A DNA stretch of 63,305 nucleotides, filler included, from Octopus bimaculoides (Eukaryota): assembly GCF_001194135.2 (NCBI RefSeq). It is 3 parts of 3 records of this genome, joined end to end, with 100 filler letters (N's around TTAATTAATTAA, not from the genome) between each part and the next. Parts side by side here need not be neighbours in the genome. Positions count along the whole stretch, not along the records: positions 1 to 14,736 come from NC_068998.1; 2 more parts are not named here. One strand, written 5' to 3'. Below, piece by piece: positions 1 through 9,994 of the stretch (position 1 is the first letter of the stretch; every line of letters starts with the position of its first letter). Under the pieces are notes generated by a model. It searched no databases. It worked only from the letters and a program-made list of their open reading frames with translations, and had not been told where the DNA came from. The translations under genes and the position numbers were made by a program.

Positions 1-310
1 CCTTCATTGGACACTAAACTCCGCTTGCGAAGACCTGTCGAGGCAAGTGAAATCGAAATCGAACTAAATTCGACGACTGGCCCCCATGCCAACATCTCCT
101 TCATTGGACACTAAACTCGGCTTGCGAAGACCTGTTGGGGCAAGCGAAAGTGAAATCGTGATGGCACCACCGTTCGAGCGTGATCGTTACCAGCGTCGCC
201 TTCCTGGCTTCTGTGCAGGTGGCACGTAAAATACACCATTTCGAGCGTGGCCGTTGCCAGTGCTGCCTGACTGGCCCTCGTGCTGGTGGCACGTAAAAGC
301 ACCCACACAC
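1..310 (+). mobile_element. RTE LINE 3'-UTR fragment with internal tandem duplications
   Basis: Similar by eye to 58670-58920 (ccttcattggacac..aaactc..cttgcgaagacctg; gtggcacgtaaaa repeats). Confidence 0.8.
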
Positions 311-450
311 ATACACACACACACATTTCGGACGATAGTCTTTCATCATATATGCAATTTCAGTTAATTTGTGCTATATTCACGACCTCTCACATAGATA
401 TAAACCAATAACTACTGTGCCTAATCTATTTCTTCTTTTCTATTTCCCAG

Positions 451-602
451 TTGCCTTACCATGTCTCATCCTGGAATTGGTCGGTAAACCGTTTCAACGT
501 GGTTTCTACTGTAACGATGAGAGTATAATGTACCCATACCATGACAGTACAATTTCAATCAGCGTGTTGGTTCTTGTTGGTACAGGACTTAATATTACTG
601 CC
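451..602 (+). CDS. PLPP: PAP2-family lipid phosphate phosphatase (PLPP/wunen-like), internal coding exon (probably exon 2)
   Basis: Acceptor tttcccAG at 450 and donor GTacgt at 603. Phase-1 start. Translates (V)ALPCLILELVGKPFQRGFYCNDESIMYPYHDSTISISVLVLVGTGLNITA, containing the PLPP hallmark PFQRGFxCxDESIxYPY. 152 nt. Confidence 0.95.
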
Positions 603-690
603 GTACGTATTACTTTTGCGACATATTTTAACTGTTGTTGTTATTATCCGCTTATTGATGTCCCTTTTGGTGTTATATTTCCTTATGAAA

Positions 691-868
691 GGTGGTGAGC
701 GAGCAGAATGGTTAACGGTGTGAGTTCAAATTCCGCCGAAGTCGACTTTGCCTTTTATCTTTACGAAGTCGATAAATTATATACCGGTGAAACACTGAGA
801 TCAATGCTTTCAACTAGGTCCCTCCCACCAAATTTCAGTCTTTGCGCTTTTGTATTATTATTATTAAC

Positions 869-940
<72 letters not shown>

Positions 941-1050
941 CTAGGGCGGCGAGCTGGTAGAAGCTCTATCACGAAATGCTTTGCGACATTTCGTCCGTCT
1001 TTACGTTCCGAGTTCAAATTCTGCCGAGGTAGACTTTGCATTTCAAAGTT
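691..1050 (+). mobile_element. Two degenerate copies of tRNA-derived SINE family A flanking (TTA)n at ~854-940
   Basis: A-box-like gcagaat, B-box gagttcaaatt, and core ccgccgaagtcgactttgccttt recurring dozens of times in the window. Confidence 0.75.
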
Positions 1051-1242
1051 GGGAACAAAAACAGGACAGTGGAGACAGACAAGGAAACCGAACGTATATA
1101 CGTGTATGTATGTATGTATGTATGTATGTATATACATATATGTATGTGTATATATGTATATATATATATATATGTGTGTCTGTATATATATATATACATA
1201 TGTATGTATGTGTATATATATATATACATATGTATGTATGTG

Positions 1243-1327
<85 letters not shown>

Positions 1328-1350
1328 CTATGTGTGTGTGTAGGTATATG
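854..1350. repeat. Compound microsatellite field (TTA)n, (TATG)n, (TA)n, (TG)n; representative of many such fields in the window
   Basis: Directly visible; others at ~3190-3410, 4030-4290, 10940-11360, 13080-13320 and flanking most N gaps. Confidence 0.98.
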
Positions 1351-1427
1351 TATGCGCAAACGTTAATCCAGACAAGGTTTTTTTTCTCTCCGTTTTGTTC
1401 CTTTTACCATGTTTTCTCACCTCATCC

Positions 1428-1470
1428 CTTTCTGTAGAAGGACAAAGAGCATGAGCTCGAAACGTCAAAG
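1428..1470 (+). ncRNA. Degenerate minimal type-I hammerhead-ribozyme-like motif in PLPP intron
   Basis: cttt-CTGTAGA-(insert)-gagc/atga/gctc-GAAACGTC-aaag: stem I cttt/aaag, stem II gagc/gctc, palindromic stem III. Core A6 is changed to T. Confidence 0.5.
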
Positions 1471-1502
1471 AATTTTTCTCTTTTTCCCGAGCGTCAAAGT
1501 CA

Positions 1503-1703
1503 CAGTAATCCCTCACCATATCGCAGTTTATTATTTAAGCTTACATCAATTCCTCCGTAGTGTTGTTTTGCATTTACGATAAAATAAATATATACAAATT
1601 ATAAAAAATAATTTTTAAAATATACAGTACTGTTTCTTCGCGGATTTTCACTTATCGCGAGGGGCTTTGAAACGTAACACCCGCGACAGTCGAGGATTTA
1701 CTG
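1503..1703. mobile_element. pogo/Tigger-like MITE (degenerate)
   Basis: Imperfect TIRs cagtaatccctc..atatcgc / gcgacagtcgaggatttactg followed by TA. Confidence 0.45.
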
Positions 1704-1809
1704 TACCCCCTGTTTGTTTCTCCCACGCTTGTCTCTGTATTTTGTTTTGTTTTGCGGCTATTTTTTTTTTGCGTATCATTTTAAACATGTGCCTATGTTC
1801 CATTTCCAG

Positions 1810-1892
1810 ATGATCATTGGAGAGTGCATGACACACAAAACCAATAAGCACTATTACTGCTTGGTAGGCAAACAAAAGAAGAAAATACCAAC
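1810..1892 (+). CDS. PLPP: PLPP exon (probably exon 3), 5' part only; remainder lost in N gap 1893-2437
   Basis: Acceptor catttccAG at 1809. Phase 0, matching the previous exon. MIIGECMTHKTNKHYYCLVGKQKKKIP resembles the PLPP IIxGE segment after TM2. The C1 motif (KxxxxxxRP) is expected inside the gap. Confidence 0.8.
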
Positions 1893-2473
1893 NNNNNNNN
1901 NNNNNNNNNNNNNNNNNNNNNNNNNNNNNNNNNNNNNNNNNNNNNNNNNNNNNNNNNNNNNNNNNNNNNNNNNNNNNNNNNNNNNNNNNNNNNNNNNNNN
2001 NNNNNNNNNNNNNNNNNNNNNNNNNNNNNNNNNNNNNNNNNNNNNNNNNNNNNNNNNNNNNNNNNNNNNNNNNNNNNNNNNNNNNNNNNNNNNNNNNNNN
2101 NNNNNNNNNNNNNNNNNNNNNNNNNNNNNNNNNNNNNNNNNNNNNNNNNNNNNNNNNNNNNNNNNNNNNNNNNNNNNNNNNNNNNNNNNNNNNNNNNNNN
2201 NNNNNNNNNNNNNNNNNNNNNNNNNNNNNNNNNNNNNNNNNNNNNNNNNNNNNNNNNNNNNNNNNNNNNNNNNNNNNNNNNNNNNNNNNNNNNNNNNNNN
2301 NNNNNNNNNNNNNNNNNNNNNNNNNNNNNNNNNNNNNNNNNNNNNNNNNNNNNNNNNNNNNNNNNNNNNNNNNNNNNNNNNNNNNNNNNNNNNNNNNNNN
2401 NNNNNNNNNNNNNNNNNNNNNNNNNNNNNNNNNNNNNATATATATATATGTATATATATATATATACATATAT

Positions 2474-2640
2474 ACGACGGGCTTCTTTCAGTTTCCGTCT
2501 ACCAAATCCACTCACAAGGCTTTGGTCGGCCCGAGGCTATAGTCGAAGACACTTGCCCAAGATGCCACGCAGTGAGACTGAATCCGGGACCATGTGGTTG
2601 GTAAGCAAGCTACTTACCACACAGCCACTCCTACGCCTAT
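2474..2640 (-). mobile_element. SINE family B, 5' (tRNA-like head) portion
   Basis: Reverse complement begins taggcgtaggagtggctgtgtggtaagtagcttgc with B-box-like ccggattcagtc. Near-identical to 5200-5368. Confidence 0.85.
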
Positions 2641-2670
2641 TTTATTTATTTATTTATTTATTTATTTTGC

Positions 2671-2855
2671 TTATTACTTCCGCCTGAGCGAAGGCAGAGG
2701 TATTGATTTCAGTACTGTTTGTTTGTCGGTAGACAAATAACCGCTGGATGGATTCGGATGAAACATTCAGGGATGTTTGGCCTCGTGACTGGCACGACGA
2801 ACTGATTAGGTTTTGGGATCGATCCGGTACCGGACAGGGGTTGTGGATTTATTTT
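2671..2855 (+). mobile_element. DINE-1/HINE-like (Helentron-associated) non-autonomous element fragment
   Basis: Starts ttattacttccgcc..ggcagagg, then a (gttt)n-type microsatellite, tggatggatt..gaaac, and a stem-loop gatccggtaccgga, inserted in a T-rich site. Recognised from architecture only. Confidence 0.5.
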
Positions 2856-3282
2856 TACACGAACTCCCCTAAAGAACTCCCTTGCTGCCTGCTGCATTGA
2901 TCACCACCATTGGTCTGTTCTTGCTGGTCACCGTGATAGCTGACGTCTCGCTCTCCTCCGGGCAACACCCTTCTTCTGAAGAGACCTTGCAGGACCATCC
3001 GTGCGGACATGAGGAAAAGGAGGAAAAGTGAGGACATTACGACCCGTCCTGCCTGCTCATCTTCCCTTGCAGCCTCTGCGGACGTGCCTCTTCCTTCCGA
3101 ACTGGACCCGTCGGACATCAGCAAGTCTGTCTTAAGCAGACATGGACATCCCCCGCACTCTGTAAATCTTTGCTTACTCGCGAAGATATGTGTATGTGTG
3201 TATGTATGTATGTATGTATGTATGTATGTATGTATGTGTGTGTGTTTGTGTGTGTATCTAGCTAGCTAGCTAGCTAGCTAGC

Positions 3283-3333
<51 letters not shown>

Positions 3334-3355
3334 ACAGACAGACAGATAAACAAAC

Positions 3356-3412
<57 letters not shown>

Positions 3413-3541
3413 TAGACTACTTTATTATCTCCCCTTCTTCCTAGCTCTCCTGGCTGACCACCTCTGTCCAGCCATCTCCATGATCGACCGCTAGCCACTA
3501 AAGCTGTTTTTTTAATTCTCTTTCTGTTTAATTTCTTGCAT

Positions 3542-3580
3542 TCCTTTCTGTTGAAGAGCTTAGGCTCGAAACGTAAAGGA
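3542..3580 (+). ncRNA. Degenerate minimal type-I hammerhead-ribozyme-like motif in PLPP intron
   Basis: tcctt(t)-CTGTTGA-A-gagc/ttag/gctc-GAAA-CG-TA-aagga. Same repeat family as 1420-1500 (both continue with ..ttcccgagcgt). Confidence 0.55.
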
Positions 3581-3667
3581 CTTTCTTACCTTCCCGAGCG
3601 TTAAACTAATACATTTGTTTGTTGTTTACACACCTGTCTTTGTCTTTTGTGTTCTTGTAAATTCCAA

Positions 3668-3706
<39 letters not shown>

Positions 3707-3732
3707 TGCTTTGTGTTTTTGTAAATTCCAAC

Positions 3733-3813
<81 letters not shown>

Positions 3814-3966
3814 GTGTAAGTATGTATGTATGTATACTAAATTCTAGAAACGATTGCTTCAGTGTTTGGTCTGTACTAAAGCCGCAAACGAAATCCAGAA
3901 TAAAGCCTTAAAATCCGAAATCTCTTGCTGATCCTCCCTTTTCACCCCTTTTGTTTTCTTTTCCAG

Positions 3967-4024
3967 ATTATCTTTCGCCTCAGGCCACTCGTCTTTTGCC
4001 ATGTTCTCCATGCTGTTCCTGGCG
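3967..4024 (+). CDS. PLPP: PLPP exon with catalytic motif C2
   Basis: ttccAG / GTaaat boundaries, 58 nt. Translates (R)LSFASGHSSFAMFSMLFLA, carrying the SFxSGH C2 motif. Confidence 0.95.
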
Positions 4025-4121
4025 GTAAATATTCACCATCACCACAACTACTACTACTACTATCGCTACTACTACTACTACTACCACTATCGTTACTACT
4101 ACTACCACCACCACCACCACC

Positions 4122-4161
<40 letters not shown>

Positions 4162-4186
4162 TGNNNNNNNNNNCACCACCACCACC

Positions 4187-4227
<41 letters not shown>

Positions 4228-4246
4228 TACCACCACCACCACCACC

Positions 4247-4286
<40 letters not shown>

Positions 4287-4590
4287 TGTGTGTGCATGTG
4301 TGTGCAGGTCTGTGCATATGTAGCAACGTGTGTAAGTCGGTGTATGTATGTATGCAGGTATATGTGTTTGTATATATGTATATGTGTGTATGTATACGTC
4401 TGTGTGTGCGTGTGTGTGTGCTGTGAGCATGTAGATATGACTGTGTATGTAGATGTGATTGTGTGTGTGTATGCATGTATATATAAGTAGATATTTGTGC
4501 GCATATAAGTGTATGTATGTTTGTATATGTTTGTATATGTGTGCGTGTGTAGTATATTTATACTCCTAACTACATGCATGTATCTTTCAG

Positions 4591-4767
4591 ATTTATATCC
4601 ATGTGACGTTACCTGCTAAGCTGGGGTCAATGCCAAAAGCCCTTCTGGAGCTCATTGCCATATCCCTGGGCATTTACACCTGCTTCACCCGAATATCTGA
4701 TTATAAACACCATTGGAGTGATGTATTGGCTGGGGGCGGCATCGGCATCATTGTCTGTTTAATTGTG
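4591..4767 (+). CDS. PLPP: PLPP exon with catalytic motif C3
   Basis: ctttcAG / GTaagt boundaries, 177 nt. IYIHVTLPAKLGSMPKALLELIAISLGIYTCFTRISDYKHHWSDVLAGGGIGIIVCLIV contains TRISDYKHHWSD (C3: S/T-RxxxxxHxxxD). Confidence 0.96.
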
Positions 4768-4964
4768 GTAAGTTACGCTTCTTCACTGTTATTACGGAAT
4801 TTAAGACAACCTGGTCTCATGTTTGAACTGTAGAACTCACAATCGCGAGACCATGGGTTCAGTTCCCAAGACGAATGGTGTATTGGTGTTCTTGAGCAAG
4901 GCACTTCATTTTGTGTTGCTCTGCAATGATTTCGCCATCTGACAAGTTGCACACAATGCACCTC

Positions 4965-5368
4965 TTTACTCTTTTACTTGTTTCAGTCATTTGACTGTGT
5001 CCATGCTGGAGCACCGCCTTTAGTCGAGCAAATCGACCCCAAGTCTTATTCTTTGTAAGCCTAGTACTTATTCTATCGGTTCTCTTTTGCCGAACCGCTA
5101 AGTTACGGGGACGTAAACACACCAGCATCGGTTGTCAAGCGATGTTGGGGGGACAAACAGACACACAAACACACACATACATACATATATATATATACAT
5201 ATACGACGGGCTTCTTTCAGTTTCCGTCTACCAAATCCACTCACAAGGCTTTGGTCGGCCCGGGGCTATAGTAGAAGACACTTGCCCAAGCTGCTACGCA
5301 GTGGGACTGAACCCGGAACCATGTGGTTGGTGAGCAAGCTACTTACCACACAGCCACTCCTGCGCCTA
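4965..5368 (-). mobile_element. SINE family B, full-length bipartite copy with internal CA/TA microsatellite
   Basis: tRNA-like head at the 5368 end, internal microsatellite ~5160-5200, body with ataagtac..ggggtcgat module, and a (gtaaaaga) repeat tail at ~4965. Confidence 0.85.
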
Positions 5369-5429
5369 TACAGGTGTAACTGTACAGGTAATGTTGATTT
5401 GATGGAGAGAGGGAGCTAAACATCATCAT

Positions 5430-5625
5430 AATCATCATCATTTAACATCCGTTTTCCATGCTGGCATGCGTTGGACGGCTTGACAGAAGCTGACCAGCTG
5501 AAGGGCTGTTTAGGCTCCATGTCAATTTTGGCATGGTGTCTACGGTTCAATGCTCTTCCTAATGCCAACCACTTTTTCAGAGTGTACTGGGTGTTTTTCA
5601 ACATGGTACCAGCACCTTCGAGCCT
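5430..5625 (-). mobile_element. RTE LINE extreme 3' end
   Basis: Reverse complement ends catgccagcatggaaaacggatgttaaatgatgatg, the same terminus as 59065-59102. Confidence 0.75.
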
Positions 5626-5659
5626 GCAAGATTAGGGATGCTCAGCTGGAGAGGGTTGA

Positions 5660-5725
5660 AAGGGCCAAGACTGGACGCAAGGGCCAAGACTGGACGCAAG
5701 GGCCAAGACTGGACGCAAGGGCCAA
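5660..5725 (+). repeat. 19-bp minisatellite, 3 perfect units plus a partial unit
   Basis: (aagggccaagactggacgc)x3 + aagggccaa. Confidence 0.97.
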
Positions 5726-5810
5726 TGTGTACCATCAATAATTGATCCCTATAAACATTGATCTACATAGTCAAAAATAGTCTTACTCTGCATTTTTGTT
5801 TTCCCACCAG

Positions 5811-5957
5811 CTCGGCAAATTATCGGATTTCTTCGTACCAGAAAGTCGAGAGAACTACGAACTCACTACTTACAAAATCCCGGATGCACGAAGTATATCA
5901 CAAGCTTCATCAAGTTCAGGCTGTGAAACAGCTGTTACTCTTGACAACCATCGCTAG
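5811..5957 (+). CDS. PLPP: PLPP terminal coding exon
   Basis: Acceptor ttttcccaccAG at 5810, phase 0. LGKLSDFFVPESRENYELTTYKIPDARSISQASSSSGCETAVTLDNHR* has the xSDFF motif typical after TM6 of PLPPs. TAG at 5955-5957. Not shown in the ORF track because it lacks an upstream start. Confidence 0.88.
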   Translation, partial: LGKLSDFFVPESRENYELTTYKIPDARSISQASSSSGCETAVTLDNHR

Positions 5958-6233
5958 TTTCACTTAGATCATGAAACAACTGTAATGGAAGTATTCCAAC
6001 ATGTCTTACAGAAAAAAAAGACTAAAAAAAAAAAAGAAATACAAGACAGAAAAAAAAGACGAAATTTAATTGCTAAATATTTTTTTTTACATTGGAAACA
6101 TATTTTTATTTTCTTATTTTTCTTTTGAGAACATTTTATAAAAAAAAAAAAAAGACTTCTCAACGAATTTACTGTTATACAAATATTTTAATATCATTAT
6201 TATTAATTATTACTGTTATAATTATTCGTACTG

Positions 6234-6450
6234 TAGGTGGTGAGCTGACAATCGTCAGCTCATCAGAAAGATGCATTGTGACATTTCTTCTGGGATATTA
6301 CATTCTGAGTTCAAATACAACCAAGGTCACCTTGACCTTTGATCTTTTCAGGATCGATAAAAGAAAGTACCAATCAAGAACTGGGGGTCAGTATAATCGG
6401 CCTGTCCCACCCCTCCTTGAAAATTGCTGGCTTTGTGCTAAAACTTAAAC

Positions 6451-6483
<33 letters not shown>

Positions 6484-6921
6484 TGTTAATTGTTACTGCA
6501 TCGGAAAAATTGCTTGGCAGCATCTTTTCTGACTCGCTAGGTTCTGAGTTCAAATTCTGCAGAGGTCAGCTTTGCCTTTTGTCCTTTTGGAGTCAAAAAA
6601 AATAGGTACCAGTTATGTATTGGGATCGAAGTAATCAACTTGTCCCCTCCCCTCCCCTCGAATTTGCTGGGCTTGTACCACATTTAGAAAGAATCATTAT
6701 TGTTCCTTTCTGCTATAAGCACAAGGCCTGAAAATTTTAGGGAAGGGGGTCTAGTTGCTTACATTGACCCCAGTATTCAACTGGTACTTATTTTATTGAC
6801 CCTTAAATGATAAAAGTCAAAGTTGACAGCAGAATTTGAACCTAGACTGCAAAGAGGGAAGAAATGTCACTAATCATTTTGCCCAGCATGCCAAGCATTC
6901 TGCCAGCCCACCACCTTAAGA

Positions 6922-6954
<33 letters not shown>

Positions 6955-7165
6955 GTTAACCATTATTAGTGCTAGACAAAATGCTTGGCAGCATTCTGTC
7001 TGGCTCTTTATGTTCTGAGTTTGGATTCTGCCAAGGTCAATTTTCCCTTCAATCCTTTCGGGGTTGATTAAACAAGTACCAGTTTACTCACTGGGGTCGA
7101 TGTAATCGACTTAACCCCTTCTCCAAAATTGCTGCCCTTGTGGCAAAATTTAAAACCATTATTAT
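6234..7165. mobile_element. Cluster of four family-A SINEs (+,+,-,+) separated by (TTA)n
   Basis: Copies at ~6234-6450, ~6495-6710, ~6705-6920 (minus) and ~6960-7160. Confidence 0.85.
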
Positions 7166-7194
7166 TATTATTATTATTGTTATTTATTTTTTAT

Positions 7195-7508
7195 TTATGC
7201 ACCCTTTTTAAAGCCTAGCCAGGCTCATGGGCCCGGTTTCCCGGTTTCTATGGCGTATATGTCCACCCCACTCCCAGCTGGATGGGATGCCAGTCCATCG
7301 CAGCGTTACTCAAGAATCAGAAAGAAAGAGTGAGAGAAAGTGGGGGCGAAAGAGTACAACAGGGGTCGCTACCACCCCCTGCCAGAGCCTCATGGAGCTT
7401 TTAGGTGTTTTCGCTCAGTAAACACACACAACGCCCAGTCTGGGAATCAAAACCGTGATCCTCTGACCACGAGTCCACTGCCCTAACCACTGGGCCATTG
7501 CACCTCCA

Positions 7509-7510
<2 letters not shown>
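7195..7510 (-). mobile_element. SINE family C, variant 1 (tRNA-like head, Meta-domain-like 3' body)
   Basis: Minus strand shows A-box tggcccagtgg and a B-box-like ggttttgattcc. Shares ~190 nt with 22425-22620. Body contains ctgcgatggactggcatcccatccag..agaaaccggga. Confidence 0.8.
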
Positions 7511-7575
<65 letters not shown>

Positions 7576-7744
7576 TTCATAGGAAATAGGCATGGTTGAT
7601 AATTTCAAAATAAAAATTGTCATTTTGATATTATCTACCCTCCCCATTCCCTGAATCATTATTGTTATTATTATAATTATTATTGTTATTATTGTCGCTA
7701 TTTTAATTACTATTGTTGTTTTTTGTTGTTATCATTGTTATTAT

Positions 7745-7945
7745 TTGATGAAAACTCACGGCTTATGATGAAAAGTGTCACATTAAGGTGACACTTGTCT
7801 ACTGGTCATGCTTCAAGAAACTCTGTGGAGGATTCTTGCAGTTCCAAGCAATGCTGGTTTTGGTAGGTGTTCTACCTCTACATTAGTACCAATCTTTTTT
7901 GAGCCATGCTGGTAGTTGAGTGCTGATACTTCCAAGTGTGTCAAT
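7745..7945 (-). mobile_element. R4/Dong-like non-LTR retrotransposon 3' fragment
   Basis: Minus translation VIDTLGSISTQLPAWLKKIGTNVEVEHLPKPALLGTARILHRV matches the RLE C-terminus and 17915-18060. Confidence 0.8.
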
Positions 7946-7974
7946 TACTATTATTATTATTATTATTGAGTGAG

Positions 7975-8412
7975 AGAGCAGTGCATGCCATCAAAGTGAC
8001 ACTGGAGTAAAATATACGAAGCCCATTATACCCATCATGACTACCCGTCTGATAAGGGTACACCAGGCACATGCATCACAGCTATGTGTGTGCAACATGG
8101 TGATCTCATATCAAGATTCTTCATGTTGAGTAGCCCATCCTGTTCAAAAGGTCTCTGAATAAGGTTTGTTTAAGGATGTTGAGCAAAACACCCATGTTTC
8201 CAAAGGTGAATTATTCAAACCCCAAAGAATTCCTCTCAACACATGGCTATGATGCTCCCCAACTACTTCTGCTTGTGATCAGAGATGCACATATCATCAG
8301 CCACTAAGGGACATGCTCAACTGGTTAAGATCAAACAAGTGACAAGCAAATGTGTGGTAATGAGCAGAATATTTGCTGTGTCCCATCTTTTATACCAAGA
8401 CAAAACAATGTA
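7975..8412. mobile_element. Interspersed repeat (unclassified, SINE-like) whose distal 199 bp is duplicated in inverted orientation
   Basis: Bounded by (TTA)n on one side; forms the left arm of the 8214-8636 fold-back. Family assignment is inference. Confidence 0.45.
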
Positions 8413-8635
8413 AATGATAACACTTCCAATCATTATGTACATTGTTTTGTCTTGGTATAAAAGATGGGACACAGCAAAAATTCTGCTCATTACCACACAT
8501 TTGCTTGTCACTTGTTTGATCTTAACCAGTTGAGCATGTCCCTTGGTGGCTGATGATATGTGCATCTCTGATCATGAGCAGAAGTAGTCGGGGAGCATCA
8601 TAGTCATGTGCTGAGAGGAATTCTTTGGGGTTTGA

Positions 8636-8636
<1 letters not shown>
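8214..8636. repeat. Long inverted repeat: 199-bp arms, 25-nt spacer
   Basis: Arms 8214-8412 and 8438-8636; 7 mismatches counted by eye (~96% identity). Confidence 0.95.
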
Positions 8637-8680
<44 letters not shown>

Positions 8681-8689
8681 GTTATTGTT

Positions 8690-9130
8690 TATTGTTAAGG
8701 CAACAATCTAGCAGAATCATTAACATGTCAGAGAAAATGGTTAGCAGCATTTCTTCCAGCTTTACAGTCTTGAGATCAAATTCTACTGAGATTGACTTTA
8801 CGTTTCATCTTTTGAGGATCAATAAAATAAGTACCAAATGAGCACTGGGACCGATGTAATCATCTTCTCTAAAATTTCAGGCCTTGTGCCTAACACTCTG
8901 AGTTCAAATGCCACCAAGGTCAACTTTGCCTTTCATCTTTTCAAGGTTCATAGAACAAGTATCAGTCAAGCACTGGAATCAATGTAATTGACTGACCCCA
9001 ATCCCCACAAAATTTCAAGCCTTATGTTTGTGGTAGAAAGGATTATTATTACAAGTATGAGTTCAAATCCTGTTGAGACTACCTTTGTCTTTTTATCCCT
9101 ACTGAGGTCAAACAATGAAGTTGTTGTCAT
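8690..9130 (+). mobile_element. Tandem family-A SINE copies
   Basis: Repeated gagttcaaa / tttcatctttt / aagtaccag modules. Confidence 0.75.
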
Positions 9131-9928
9131 ATATGCTCTGATACCTGTTATAGAAGAGTTGCATTCCTGAAAATCTTGCCCTGATATGAAGTTCCATCAG
9201 CCTGGCATCCAGGTTCTTTGTACATCCATGAAACATGGACGTCTGTGAGAAAATATGGCTTGTGTGAGGGGACTCTTGTGCTACATGAATATTTTCAAGA
9301 CGGCAAGTCTTCCATAGTGTGGGGTGGTTCATGTGTTTGGGTAGATAGATGCATATATGCATATGTGTATAAGTGCATATATATACATATATATATATAA
9401 AAATACAATGAATATGTCCATTACTTTCCTACAGATTTTTATGTCTCTTAATACTATTCTCTTACCTTGCCTTTTGGCATCCTTCTGCAAACCCACAATT
9501 GCTTAACCATAATATGTACGACTGGGGTGTATAAGGGCATTAAACAAATATCATATTGCATCATTGCTGCTAATACAGAAGAAGTGTGCCAAGAGGCTTA
9601 CGTAACAGCACCAGTCAGCTTACGCAGCAGCATCTGGCTTAAGGAAACACGTATATGTCATAGAAACCTTAAAAATACAGATTACATTTTTCTGCATTTC
9701 TTATTACTACAGACATATATACATACATGCATACATACAAACATACATACATACACACACACACATACATACATACATACATACACACATACATACATAC
9801 ATACATACACACACATATATGTATGTATAAACACACACACACAAGGAAAAGGGGTTGATAGCGATTGCAAAGATTTGGCCTGCTTGCCTTGAAACTGGAA
9901 ACTTTGAAGCAACAGTCAACCTTTATCT

Positions 9929-9994
<66 letters not shown>

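Noticed and set aside
842-1437. Long ORFs of poly-Y/I, VCVC, HTHT and similar throughout the ORF track
   Set aside because: They are translations of microsatellites or run through N gaps; there is no coding signal.
2860-3180. GC-richer block with ORFs on both strands; minus-strand HVRTDGP hints at a decayed zinc knuckle
   Set aside because: Too degenerate to assign. Possibly a LINE ORF1 relic, but not supportable.
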